A stretch of DNA of 64,000 nucleotides from Prorocentrum cordatum (taxonomy: Eukaryota): contig CAUYUJ010000001.1 of NCBI GenBank assembly GCA_963575745.1, positions 682,001 to 746,000 of the forward strand, given 5' to 3'. The notes beneath the pieces are model-generated. The model searched no databases, was not told the origin of the DNA, and was given only the letters and a program-made list of their open reading frames with translations. Shown here one piece after another: positions 25,064 through 43,295 of the stretch. Position numbers and translations under genes: made by a program. Within the stretch, counting starts at the first letter, position 1. Every line of letters starts with the position of its first letter.

Positions 25064-25990
25064 GGCGCGCGCCGCCAGCGGCGGAGTGGGTCGGCGCGCG
25101 TCGGTGCAGCCCCAGACGGCCCGCGCCTACACCGCGGCCCACGCCGCGTTGGCCGAGTGGGCCGCGCGCCAGGGGCTCGGTCCAGCGACGCCCAGCGTCT
25201 GGGACGTGGCGCTCGACGAGTACCTGGACGGCCTCTACTGGAATGGCGACTACCCGTCGTGCGGCCGCTGCGCCATCTACGAACCGGCCTACGCCCTGGG
25301 CCCGCCGCCACGCGCCACCACGACCTTCCCCTTGGCAAGGGCTGCCTTGGCGAAGGGTCTGCTGGCGGCACCAGAACTGCCGCGAGACTCGCCCGGGGAC
25401 GACTCCCTCACGCTCGCCTCCGCCTACTGGTTCTACGACAAGAACCGCTGGGGCTCCGAGGGGCGCGAGGCGGCGGCGGCGTCCTGGGTGGCCGTCGACT
25501 GCGACCTCAGGCCGAGCGATGTGCTGGCGCTGACGGCCGCGGATGTCACGCTGCCCTGGCCTGGCTGCCCCGACACCCTCGCCACTCCGGTCCCCGCGAC
25601 GGGGGCGCTCCCCGCCAAGAACCGAGGGTTCGACGCCTCCGCCGTCGCGGGGGCCCACAACAGGAACTGGGTGAGTGAGCTTCTGAGGGCCCTCTGCCGC
25701 ATGTCCACAGGGCCGTTCGTTCAGGTGTCGCTTGGAAAGGGGGATGTGAGGTGCAGGAAGCGTCGAGCGCAGCATTTCTCGCCCTCGCTCCTTCTGTTCC
25801 CTCACTTGCGGCGTCAAGCTGGCCCATCGCATGACATGCCATCCAGCAGCGTGGTCGTTGGCTCTTTGTCAAGTAGTCAAAAAATACTCCAAACCTGCAG
25901 GGTTGCTGCGCAACAGACAGTTGCTCTCAGCAGCACAGCTAGCTCGTGCAATGCAGTTTACACCTCGGCTCGGCAATCAGATTCTGGAGT
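24990..25990 (+). pseudogene. Tyrosine recombinase of the retrotransposon, C-terminus frameshifted
   Basis: LRPSDVLAL (catalytic R), KNRGFD and PHLRRQAGPSHD in the 23871-26165 frame; IQQRGRW (25841-25861) and VKKYSKP (catalytic Y) fall in two other frames. Start is approximate. Confidence 0.8.
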
Positions 25991-26053
25991 TTTTCAAAGG
26001 TCCCACCCAGACCCGCCCTCCGGTAAACCGATCCAAGAAGGTTTCTGGAATTT

Positions 26054-26732
26054 TGGGCACAAGGTCGCTGGTCAAGAAACGTCCAGCTTCCCTTCTGCAG
26101 TAACCGGGGTTTGGACCCCCCAGGATCATGCTTGCGCCGTGGGAAATGAATTGCGTCTGTCATGATTTACCTCATGCTCGTGTTGCAAGGTCTTTAGCCT
26201 TCTCAGGGCCAACGCCCGCTCCGCCCCCCCCCCTCCTCGTCGCCGCGGGATCCTGGTGTCTCCAGGCGTGCTGGCGTGGTGGGGCTGTCTCGGCGCTCCG
26301 CGTGAGACTAGGCGGCAGTTGGCAGTCTACGATTGATGGTGTGCCACTTTATCGTTGTCACGATCGTAGCCGGCCCCATCTCAAGTTTTTGGCTCCTCCT
26401 CCTCCACTCCTCCGTCCTCTTTCTATTTTTTCTTTCACTTGTATCTCGCCGAGCCGATGTGGGCACAAGGTCGCTGGTCAAGAAACGTCCAGCTTCCCTT
26501 CTTCAGTAACCGGGGTTTGGACCCCCCAGGATCATGCTTGTGCCGTGGGAAATGAATTGCGTCTGTCATGATTTCTCATGCTCGTGTTGCAATGTCTTTA
26601 GCCTTCTCAGGGCCAACGCCCGCTCCGCCCCCCCCCTCCTCGTCGCCGCGGGATCCTGGTGTCTCCAGGCGTGCTGGCGTGGTGGGGCTGTCTCGGCGCT
26701 CCGCGTGAGACTAGGCGGCAGTTGGCAGTCTA

Positions 26733-26736
<4 letters not shown>
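26054..26736 (+). repeat. 3' split direct repeat cluster B1-A2-spacer-B2
   Basis: Direct comparison: the ~280-bp B repeats are nearly identical and the 64-bp A2 is identical to A1. Confidence 0.95.
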
Positions 26737-26777
<41 letters not shown>

Positions 26778-26883
26778 CATATATACATATATATACATAT
26801 ATATACACACATACATACATACATACATACATACATACATACATACATACATACATACATACATACATTCATACATACATACA

Positions 26884-26918
<35 letters not shown>
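26735..26918. repeat. (TA)n/(TACA)n microsatellite at the right flank of the retroelement
   Basis: Seen directly. Confidence 0.95.
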
Positions 26919-26919
26919 G

Positions 26920-28300
26920 TTTCTGCATGTTCGGCTTCCCGACGCTCCAAGACGGCCCCGGAGGCCCCAAATATCGCCCCGACATGGCTTCAGAGCCCCA
27001 GAGGCCTCGAAGACGGCCACAAGACAGCCCAAGAGGGCCCCAAGACGGTGCCAGAGGCGCCCAAGACGGCCCGAGAGGGCCCCAAGACGGGCCCAAGAAA
27101 AAACCAAGAACACGAACCGCAAATCCGAGCCGTCACCCCGAGAGGCTCGCAGGAAGCCCCGAAGAACACCCAACAGGCCCCAAGAGGCCCCAAGAAGCCG
27201 AAGAGGTTCCTAGAGGCTTCCCACGAAGACCCCAAGAAGCAAACCATCATTATCTTGCCATCGGATTTGGATTGATTTTCGAGGTTTCAGCCTTTGGTCG
27301 TCCCGACGCTCCAAGGCTGCCCAGAAGGCCTCCAAGACCGTTCCAAGTCAGACCAAGAGGCCTCCAACAGGGCCCCAAGGCTGCCCACGAGGGCCCCAAG
27401 AGGGGCCAAGACGGCCCCAAGAGGAAGCCAAGAGGGGAAGCACGAACCGAAAATCCGAGCCTTCCACCCCGAGAGGCTCTCAGGAAGCCCCAAGAGGCCC
27501 CGATAGGATCCGAGAGGCCCTCAAGAAGCTCCCCAGAGGGCCGAAGAGGTTCCAAGAGGCCTCCCAAGAAGGCCCGAAGAGGCACAACTCATGTTTTCCC
27601 CATCGGTGTTTGATGGATTTTAGAGTTTTCAGCCTTTTGGCATCCCGACGCTCCAAGACGGCCCAAGAGGCCCCCATGACCGCTCCAAGATAGCCGAAGA
27701 GGCCTTCAAGAGGGCCTCAAGACGGCCCACGAGGGCCCCAAGACGGTGCCTGAGGCGCCCAAGACAGTCCGAGAGGGCTCCAAGACGGCCCCAAGAGAGG
27801 CCCAAGAAGGGGAACACGAACCCAACAGCAGAGCCTTCCGCCCTAAGAGGCCCACAGGAGGCCTCAAGAGTCCCCAAGTGTTCCGACGAGGCCCCCCAAA
27901 ACTTCCGAAGAGGCCCGAAAAGATGCCCAGGAGACGCGCAAGGGGCGCCAAGATAGCCGAACAGTGCCCTCGATGTGTCAAGGCTGCCTCCAGGAGGCCC
28001 CCAGGAGGCTTCCAGATTGCCTCAATGTGGCCCCATGTGGCCTCAAGTCGGGCCTCCACGCAGCCAAGAGGGCCAATGACGGCTTCAGATAGCAGAAGAT
28101 CGCAATCCGGTTGCCCGGAGAACCCCGACGATGCCCTCAAGGGACCCCAAGAAACCCCAAGACGCCCCAAGACGCCCCAAGACGCCCCCCCAAAAAGCAC
28201 CCAGGAGGTGCCTCCAACAGCCAATTGAGGAAGCACGGGTAACCTCCCAGAAGCCCTTCAGATGCCCGCACGAAGACCCAAGAGGTTCTCAAGAGGCCCT
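26920..28300. repeat. GC-rich dispersed repeat family (CCCAAGACGGCCC / CCCAAGAGGCCC), tandemly reiterated
   Basis: TCCCGACGCTCCAAG-headed units at about 26935, 27300 and 27643; same family as 13890-14120. Confidence 0.8.
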
Positions 28301-28422
28301 CGGGAGGCACGACTATGTCACGCGCCTGTGCTTGATAGCGCTGTCCAAGATCTTCCAGCGCCCCCTCGGCCTGGGCTAGAACCTGAGCGCGCGCGAAGCG
28401 CGCGCGATGGTTCTAGCCCAGA

Positions 28423-28472
<50 letters not shown>

Positions 28473-28973
28473 ATATATATATTCATATATATATATAGGT
28501 GTACGTATATATATATATATATATATGCACAAGACTGGAATGGCGCTTCGCACCATGCGCCTTGTTAGGAGATTTCCTCGGCAAAACAATAAATCATCGA
28601 TTGCTTCAGCAGGGGGGACCTCGAGACCTGGACGGGCGATCGGCTCATGTTTCTGATACCCCTGGTGCCTGCTGACACCGCGTTCGTCCGATGCGCTTGC
28701 ACGCTTGTGCGCAGGAGTGGGGAGGGAATGATGATTTTTCACGCGCGAAGATGCTGGCAAACGACGAAGCATCAAACGGTTGCGATGGCACCTGTCCATG
28801 AACGGGGAACGGGAAGGGAGCAGGGATGGGGGGGGGCTGAAGAGGCGGAAAGGGGGGAGGCGGCGGGAGAAACGGGGAGAAGGTCCAGAGGAAGGAGCGG
28901 GCGAATGAGGATGGCCTTCGGATGCCACGAGCGTGGGGGTCGACGAAGAAGGCAGAGGGGGGAAGGGAGAGAG

Positions 28974-29048
<75 letters not shown>

Positions 29049-29837
29049 AAGAAAGAGGGTGATAGAGGTTCAGGAAAGACAGGCGGGCTGGCGTGAGCGC
29101 AACGAGCGCACGGAGAACGCCGTCGTGGCATTTTTGGTGCTCTTTTGGGCCGTCCTGGGGCCCTCTTGGGCCATCCTGGGGCCTTCTTGGGCCGTCTTGG
29201 GGAGCTGGGGCCCTCCAGAGGTCTTCTGAAGCCATCTAGGGCCCTCTTGGGGGCCTCCAGTGGCCGTCTTGGGAGTCTCCCATGGCTTTCGTGGGTCTCT
29301 CTTGGGAGCCTTCTGGGGGCATCTTAGGCTTTTTGTTGGCAGTCTCGGGGCTCTCTGGGGCAGTGTTGGGGCCCTCTTGGGCCGTCTTTAAACCGTCTGG
29401 GGGCCTCTTGGGCCGTCTTTGGGCGATATCGGGGGCCCATCGGGCCGTCTTGGACGCTGCGAAGACCCCCACAGTGGATACGCTAAACATATACATTTTC
29501 TCAAGGGTATGAGACGGAATTTGCTTCTTCGGGGCTCTTTTAACGGCCTCTTGGGGCGTCTTGGGGGCCTCGTGGGCCGTCTTCGGATCATCGAGGTTCC
29601 GCTTGGAGCGCTCTTGTGCTGTCTTGGGTCTCTCTTGCACCTCTCCGGTGACCCTTCTGATCGCTTCGAATCTGCTCGCAAGGCCCGGCAACGCGCCCTG
29701 GGAGGGCGGGAAGGGCCAGCGGACCTTTTCCAAGGGCGCCCCGAGGGCCGCCGAGACGTCCGAAAGGGCGTCCGAGGCGTCCCTGGGGGGGGGTCCGGTT
29801 TGGGGGGGGTCCGGGTAATTAAAACATGGGAATCGGA

Positions 29838-29941
29838 ATATATGATCCAGGGTCGAGGGTTCACGGCCCCCCCCCCCAGATGGTGTGGTCCCAGGATTCC
29901 TCGGGCTCCCCACCCCCCCCAGATGGTGTGGTCCCAGAGAC

Positions 29942-29972
<31 letters not shown>

Positions 29973-29981
29973 GCGACGACT

Positions 29982-30013
<32 letters not shown>

Positions 30014-30047
30014 CACGACGACGGCGACGACGACGACGGCGACGACT

Positions 30048-30085
<38 letters not shown>

Positions 30086-30574
30086 CACGACGACGACGAC
30101 GACGGCTGCGGCACGACGACGGCGACGACGACGACGACGACCACGACCACGACGACGACGACGACGGCTGCGGCGGCGACGACGTCGGCGGCGGCGACGA
30201 CAACGATGACGACGATGACGACGGCGACGACGACGATGACGACGACGATGGCGACGACGACGACGACGACGAGGACGACGAGGACGACGAGGACGACGAG
30301 GACGACGACGACGACAACGACGACCTCTGAACGACCACAGCACCACACCACATCCACAGGGGGGGGAGGGGGGCACCGCAGCGCAGCACCACGCCACGCC
30401 CACTTCTGAACCACCACAGCACCACACCACATCCACAGGGGGGGGGGGGGGGCACCGCAGCGCAGCAACACGCCACGCCCACAGGGGGGGGGGCGGGGGG
30501 GACCATCGCGCGGGGGGGGGGCCCAATGGCATCAGCATTGGGGGTGGGTGGGGCCCAAGCCCTGGACCATATAT
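29838..30574. mobile_element. Probable non-autonomous TIR element with internal (GAC)n tract
   Basis: ATATATGATCCAGGG at 29838-29852 and the inverted CCCTGGACCATATAT at 30560-30574 (1 mismatch), each with a C/G-rich subterminal tract. Confidence 0.5.
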
Positions 30575-31779
30575 GTATAGATGTTTTGTTCTGCGGATGC
30601 CACGCGAGACGACAGGTCAATGACATGGCCTCGCGGTTCGTTCTCAGGCCAGGCACGGGCAAGGTTAAGTATTTGAAACCTTTGCGCGAAGGCATCGACC
30701 CCACATCCAAGGTGCTCGTGGGCCCCCCTCCCCCGTCCAGTAGTTGTTTCCGTTTCGTGTCTGCCTTTTGACGAGGTGTTCAGTCTTTAGAGGATCCAGG
30801 GGCTTCAGAGGCACATGAGGAAGAGTAGGAGTGGGAGTAGGAGTAGGAGTCAAGCTAGCCAGCTCGAGCGAGTCAAGCATGGCATGCCCAGTCCCACCCG
30901 CCCTCCCACAACATAAGAAGCAAAGCTGGCACAACTGGGGGCCGAAGTCACACCGGCCAGCCGGTTTGGTACAGCTGATGCGGCCGCGATGGCGGTTGCC
31001 GACGGGAACTGGCGAGCGCGTGTTGAATGCCGCGCACGCATTGCCAGACGAGTCGAGAATGGCCCGGTACACCGCAGGAAGCCAGAGGTGGCCGGAGGAA
31101 GCCCGACGGTCTGACAGGACACCCCAAAGCATTTTTGTGAAAAAGCATTGGGTTTTTGATGTTTTTATGTTGAAATGCTTGCAAACACACGGTGTTCGGT
31201 AGGATTCTGACATGAACGCGCGAGTGTGCTCTTTGTGGTATTTTTTGCACAGGATTCGCGGCCTGGGTGCATGACAGAGCATCGCGAGTGCACCGCGCGA
31301 TGACGTGAAATCGCTGGATTTGACCGAATTCTTAAGATTCCTATGGTTTTCCTATGATTTCAGCAAGAGAGCCCGGGCGGGAAATTTGTACAATTTTTGT
31401 GAGAAAACATTGGGTTTTTGATGTTTTTATGTTGAAATGCTTGCAAACACACTGTGTTCGGTAGGATTATGACATGAACGCGCGTGTGCTCTTTGTGGTA
31501 TTTTTTGCAATGGATTATCGCCGTGGACGACAGGACGTCTATTTCGAAAGGAAAAAATAAGAAACATGTTGATTTTGTATTGTTTTTTACAGGTTAGGAT
31601 GGGACCACCCGGATGCGCCCGCTATCTGCCGGCCTGAGGGGGGATTACGAGTATATTCAAATAAGGAATAAGGATAGGAGTATCAGTAGGAGTAGGAATA
31701 GGAGTAGCAGTAGCACTAGCACTAGGAGAAGAAGTATGAGTAGGAGCGAGAGTTGGAGTAGGAGTAGGAATCGGAGTAG

Positions 31780-31902
31780 TGTGCTGATGAGTATGATGCT
31801 GGCTGTGCTGATGATGGTGATGATGATGATAATGATAATGCTGATGGTGATGGTGATGGTAATGCTGATGATGATGATGACGATGATGGTGATGATGATG
31901 CC

Positions 31903-31939
<37 letters not shown>

Positions 31940-32130
31940 CCGGTGATGATGATGATGAGGATGATGATGATGATTATTTTGCTTACGCTGATTATGATTC
32001 TGATTATGATGATGCTGATTATGATGACGAGGAGGACGAGGAGGAGAAGGAGAAGGAGAAGGAGGAGTTGAAGGAGGAGGAATAGGAAGAGAAGGAATAG
32101 TGAGATGGTGATGATGATGATGATGCTGAC

Positions 32131-32174
<44 letters not shown>

Positions 32175-32399
32175 CGATGATGATGATGATGCTGATGTTG
32201 ATGATGATGATGATGACGATGATGATGATGATGGTGGTGGTGATGCTGATAATGATGACGAGGAGGAAGAGGAGGATAATCAAGAGAAGGAGAAGGAGGA
32301 GTTGAATGAGGAGGAGTAGGAAGAGAAGGAGGACTGCTATGATGATGCGGATGATGATGCTGATGATGATGCTGCTGATGATGATGATGATGATGAAGC

Positions 32400-32442
<43 letters not shown>

Positions 32443-32510
32443 AATGATAATGATGATTATGATTATGATGGTGATGATTATGACGACGATGATGATGCTG
32501 ATGATGATGT
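31780..32510. repeat. (GAT)n compound microsatellite
   Basis: Seen directly; source of the poly-Met/Ile ORFs. Confidence 0.95.
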
Positions 32511-32657
32511 GTTTTGTTTAGGCTTGCTTAAACAGGGGTATTCACCCACGGCAGTGCAACGGCTGCTCCCCTGTCTTCCTCCTCTTCCTTCCCTCCCGCA
32601 GCTGTTTCAGCTAGCTTGTGCCTTTTGCGGGAGGGGCCCCTGGCCCCTAATCTCATC

Positions 32658-35033
32658 ATGAAGGGGTGGGGAGGTTCCCACCCCGTGAGCTTCTTGCTGC
32701 TCGCCGCGGCCGAGCTGGGAGCCCTGCCTCCGGGAGGGCGCACGGCTCCCGTGGCTGGAGCGGCCATTGGGGCTGCCGTTGGGATGGTGGGGGCCGTGGA
32801 CTTCGTCCCCGCCGACGGCACCGACCCCGCCCCAGACCAGGTAGAGGAGGATGTCTGCATGGAGCCTGAGGGCTACATCGTGCCTCCCCTTGCTGGGCAC
32901 ATCCCCACGGCCTCGCCCGTGGAAGACTTTCCCCCCGCGCCTTCCTCGTCGGAGTCCCCGGCTGGAGGAGGGGAGGAGGGGAGCAATCGGACGGAGGGGG
33001 GGGCTTCAGATGATCATTCCTGGAGTATCCAGCGGGCCCTCTGCCAGCTGAACGCGCATCTTTCAGCCTGGGCGCCCCGCCGAGCCCCGGAGGCCTACGG
33101 CCGGCGCCGGCATACTCGGGCACCTGGTGAACCCCCTGGAGAGGATCCGTTCCCGGGATGGCCGAACCACCTCCTGGACAGCCTCTTGCAAAGAGGGGCC
33201 TGGTTCGGGCTGATGATGTTCGGGGGCGCCCGCTGGAAGGGGTTCCCCCACTGGCTCCAGTACCTCCTGGTCTTCCTCTACCTCCTCTCCGCCCTGGTGG
33301 CCTTGGACTTCCTCATCCTCCTGGCTTATGCCCTGGCCCTACTCTCACGGGGCAAGGGCCCTCTGCGCAGGAACGAACGCCCGCGCCCCTTGAAGGGCTC
33401 GAGGCTGGTGTGGGGAGGGCCCGCCTCGGGCGGGGCCACGCCCAACAAGTTCTTCCAGGACTGGGTCCGGGCCCGCGGGAGGCACTCCAGCCGCCGCCCG
33501 CGTGAGCTGCCCGCCATCATTGAGGAGGGAATGGTCCGGATGCAGCGGAAACCGGGCCCCGCGCTGCCCGCGACGCGGAAGGGAGGGCAGGTGTGCCTCT
33601 ACGGTGCCGTGCTGCACTGTGCGGATCCCTCCCTCCGTCAGCGGCTGGAGAACGCTCGGGAGCGCGCCGTCTACCTGGCGCGGGGGTGGGGAGCGGAGAT
33701 CCCCTCAGACATTGTGGCGGTCAGCTACCACTACACCGGCGTGGAGGAGGGGCTCGTCCTGAACCTGGAGGAGGCTCTGCCCTATCAAGGCTTCCTCCTG
33801 GGCCTCGCCTGCCTCCTCGGCCGCGCCCTCGGGGGCGCCCGCCGACTCCTCTGCTCCATGTCCCGAGCCATCGGGATAGACCTGCTGGGGGCGTGGTGCT
33901 GTCGCGAGAGGAGAACGGCAGCCGGAGCGGGGAGGCCCCGGGATCGCCAGCTCGAGTCGGAGAGCGAGGGGCCCACCATCGGGACGTGTGGTGGGGGCCG
34001 CCTGGGCTGGCGCCAACCCGGAAGCACCCTGGGCACCCTCGGCCTCCGCGCCCCGTGCCCGGAGCCCCCGGGCGAAGTGTTCACCCTCCTCCTGGTCGAG
34101 GACGAACCCCAGTCGGACATCGCCGGATGGGAGCGGCTGAGCGGGCGCGTTCTGGCCCCCCTATGCGCCCGGCACAAGCGCATGCGCCGGCTCGCCCGCC
34201 AGCACCTCCTCCGCGCCTTCGCGGGCTCCCCCCCCGTGCGACGAGATCGGGACCCTGCAGGTGGATGGGAGGCCCCTCTGCGCCTTCCATGCGGCGCAGT
34301 CCGCCGGCCCCCCCCAGGGCCGGGAGAGGGACTGCCGGCCTCCTCGAAGGACCCCCCTCCGGGCCCTCTATCCCCGCTGCCTCCCATCACCCACCCGCGC
34401 GATGCGGTTGGCCGCCTCTTCCTGGGCCACATTCGCCGCGAGGAGGAAGCCCTTCGGGGGCGTGGGAAACAGCCCCCGGCCGAGCACTATCTTGTCTTCC
34501 GGGGGGGGGGGGGAGGAGCCGCCAGCAGGCCACCCCCCGGGTGAGGCAGTGGTCCACCTCGCCGCCCTCGGCCTTCGCAACTCCGTCCCGATCGGTCAGA
34601 TCCGTCACCCGGGACAGGCCCTCCTCCCCCCCCCGGGAGGGGTCCCCGCCTGGTTCGTCGAAGTGACTAAACCAGAATGGAGCGCCCTGACAGAGGAAGG
34701 GAAGACCCCCTCCGGAGGGGCAGGCGGGGTCCAGGAGGTGGTCTTGCTGCTGAACTCCCGGGAGCTGGACCGATGGCGCCGTCGGAGTGCCCGGCGTATG
34801 GACGAGGAGCCCGGCCAAGCCTCGGGCGGGGAAGAGCACCCCCCACGGGGGAGGAACACCCGCCGGGGAAGCTCACCGCGCCCTCCGGCTCGTGAGGGAG
34901 GGACCCCCTCCACAGGCGCCTCCCGCGACCCGTCGGGGGAGCCCTCGGCGGTGGTCTGGCTCCCCGAGGCCCTCCTCTCCGCCATCCAGGACGGCGTTGG
35001 AGTGGAGGCCGCGCTTGAGGCGGCCCAGGACTA
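32658..35033 (+). pseudogene. Long intronless GC-rich ORF of unknown function with hydrophobic segments, interrupted at 35033 by transposon insertion (possibly ORF1 of a retroelement)
   Basis: ORF 32616-34544 (ATG 32658; TM-like LQYLLVFLYLLSALVALDFLILLAYALALL) appears to continue in the 34261 frame after the G run at 34501-34513, up to ...AAQDY at the TIR. Confidence 0.4.
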
Positions 35034-35067
35034 CCCAGAGGGTGGGCGGATCAACAAAGTGGATCCG
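35034..35067 (+). repeat. Left TIR of element 1
   Basis: CCCAGAGGGTGGGCGGATCAACAAAGTGGATCCG. Confidence 0.9.
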
Positions 35068-37770
35068 GTTATATGGGCGCGCCAAACATAACGAAAACGA
35101 TTCAACGCGTACCACCAGACAAGATAACGGATCAACAAGTAACCATAGCGGATCAATATGATAGTTTTGTTATAATATGATTATGATGGAGATCAGTGTT
35201 TTTCGGCGATAGCATGGTATTTGTACTTATACGTCATCATGTTTCGTATTGAGCGCACGCATACTAGGACTACCAGCCATATATATGTGGAGATACACTA
35301 TGTGTGCGCACGCTCCGTATACTCACTTCCCAACGTTTTATTGATTCACACATCTACTGGCCTTCGCCTTATTCCGCCACCGTGCCTGGGTTGAAGGTCA
35401 GAGCCATCATGAGTGCTTCTCGGGGTATCCTCGAAAAAAGGCTCTCGGGGGCCTCTGGTGGCAGCAATTTGGAAGCTTCCTTGGAGGTGTTATTTTCGTG
35501 GTGGGGCAACGCAGACAGTCCACGCAACATTCGCGAGTGAACGTGCAGCACTGAAAAAAAAAACTGTCTGCTGTCTGCGGCTGTCTGCTCGCCGCCACAT
35601 TCAAACTTCACGCAAGTATCGCATGCATCCCGCGCGTCCAGCGCCATGCAACAAAAAACGAACGCTTACCTTCTCCTCATCATGCTCCTCTTCCTCGTCC
35701 TCCCCCTTCCGACCGCGTACTCTGTCGTCCCCGTCCTCTCCCCGTTTTCGTTTTCCGCCTCATCCTAACCGTGTCCCACCCACGCTCGCCTTCCTCGGCC
35801 TCGCCGTCTTCGCCTTCCAATCCCTTCCTCCTCCGCCCTCCCCGCCCTCCCTCCCCCGTCCTCTCCGCCGTCCGTTCGTTTCGTTTTGGGCCCAGATTTC
35901 GTTGCGCAAATCCACGGGGTACCACCATTCAGACCTTCGCACGCCGACGAGCGCGACAACAGAGCGGGAGGCACCAGCCTCTGAATAACCAAAAAAGCCA
36001 GAGGGGGGGCGAGGGGCGAGGGGCCCACTGCGCCGGCTGTTTTTGTTCTGGCGACGCAGCGCCAAACATTCGTAAATCCGAGCGCGGCCCGCCGAAATCA
36101 ATGCAGTTTTTTCGAGCCGAGCCCAGCCGTGGCGATTTTCCGCGAGCCCTCGCACCGAAAGAACGGTCGATCAAAAACAGCAAACCAAGCCGTGCGAGGG
36201 GAGGGGGGAGGGGAGCGGAGGAACACGGCCAGGCCCGTTTGTCAGGTTCGCCTGCCAGGGCCACCATCGCGGCCGCCACCACTTCAGGCGGGGCGGGCAG
36301 GGCGCAGCAGCAGAGCAGGCGTGAGAGAGGTGCGCGACGTGTTGCATGTTGTTCTCGTGTTCCTCGCGTGTGCATTTGTATCTATACGTATGTACAGTGT
36401 GTGTATATATATACATACATACGGGTGTGCACGCATCGTACCTCTCATATCGCAGTCGCGGCCCTGGCCTTTGGACCCAGGCCGTCAAACACCAGGGATG
36501 CAACGAGCTGGCAAAATGCGGCTGGGTACTCCTGGGACTCTTTCTGGCGAGCCTTGTCTCCAGTGAGCCACCCTCCTCCCCAGCAATCGCGAGAAGCGCC
36601 TGAACTAACAGGTGTTGTCAACGTCAACACTCTTTTATTCTCTCCTAGTCGGTAGTCGGCCTCTTTCTTAGATCGGACCATTTGTGGCAAAAACTGGAAC
36701 GTGCCCCTAAAACTTAATGGTTTCGGCGCCTGCCCGCCGAAAGCTCCCATCCAGCTCGTGACTTGCAGCGAATTGGTGACGTCAAGGGCGGTCACAATGT
36801 CTTGCATATGGTACAGGAAAGAGGGGACCGGCTGTTCCACCACGAACTTGACTGACCGAGTCGAGAGGAAAAACATCACGCGAGACCTTCGGGGGGCGGG
36901 GCATGGGCGCACGCGGAGGGCGGGGGAGTTAGAGAAATCAAGCAACTTGAGAAAAGGGGCGCGGGGGAGAAACGTGGGAAGAAGAGGATGAGGAGTAGGA
37001 GGAGGAGGAGCACGAGAAAGGGATGGGGGATGGAGATTGACAGAGACTTAAGGTCTCTCGGCAGGAGGGCGGGCGAGGAGGTGGACAGAGGAGGAGGAGG
37101 AAGAGGAGGAGGAGGAGGAGGAGGAGGAGGAGGAATGACGAGGAGGAAGAGGAGGAGGAGGAGGAACAAACACAGAGGGAAATGGGGGCCTCCTCCTTCC
37201 CTCGTTCCTCCCTCGCCCAGCGCTCAAACCTCATCAGATTTGGTTTACCCCTTCCTTACATGAGACGGACGATGTAGTTGCCCTCGATGCAATCGCGGCG
37301 CAACTCGTTGCCCTCAGGTGAATCCATAGATCTTCCCGAGGTCCCCATAGATATCATGACGAACGTGGAGCACTGAGGAGACATCCACACCACGCCGCCA
37401 ATGACGACCGATGCGGCGAGGAACAAAAAATATAAAGTGCCCACCAACGTGGATAAATCTTGCCATTGATAATCTTCCTTCTCAATGGTCCAAGAAACAA
37501 CTTGAAACCTCGACCGTAAATGTTTTGAAATGCCAGCTGCGCCAGCGCACATCTCAACGAAAGCGCTAGTCCTGGGAACCCGAACCACATCGGACGTCCA
37601 GCGGCCCAACACTTGTTGGAACTGGCTCTCGCTGGCACTGCACAAATCAGAAGGGGTACCCTGTTGCATCAGTTCCAATCCAGCCGTAACTGCCCAGTCG
37701 AAACCAGTATATGATGGGCCCAAGGGCGGCCCGTTGGCAGCCCGCGACACAGAGGCGGCGGCCAGAAAGA

Positions 37771-43295
<5,525 letters not shown>

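Larger units (their letters stand above)
20071..26736 (+). mobile_element. Tyrosine-recombinase (DIRS order; PAT/Ngaro-like split direct repeat) retrotransposon carrying a cytosine methyltransferase domain
   Basis: A1 20071-20134 = A2 26332-26395; B1 26054-26333 closely matches B2 26460-26736; gag-like, RT/RH/MTase and YR ORFs lie between A1 and B1. Confidence 0.9.

Noticed and set aside
26054..26736. B1/B2 as conventional LTRs or an assembly duplication
   Set aside because: Both copies lie at one end and enclose a copy of the 5' A repeat, which is the expected split-direct-repeat layout; they also differ at several positions.
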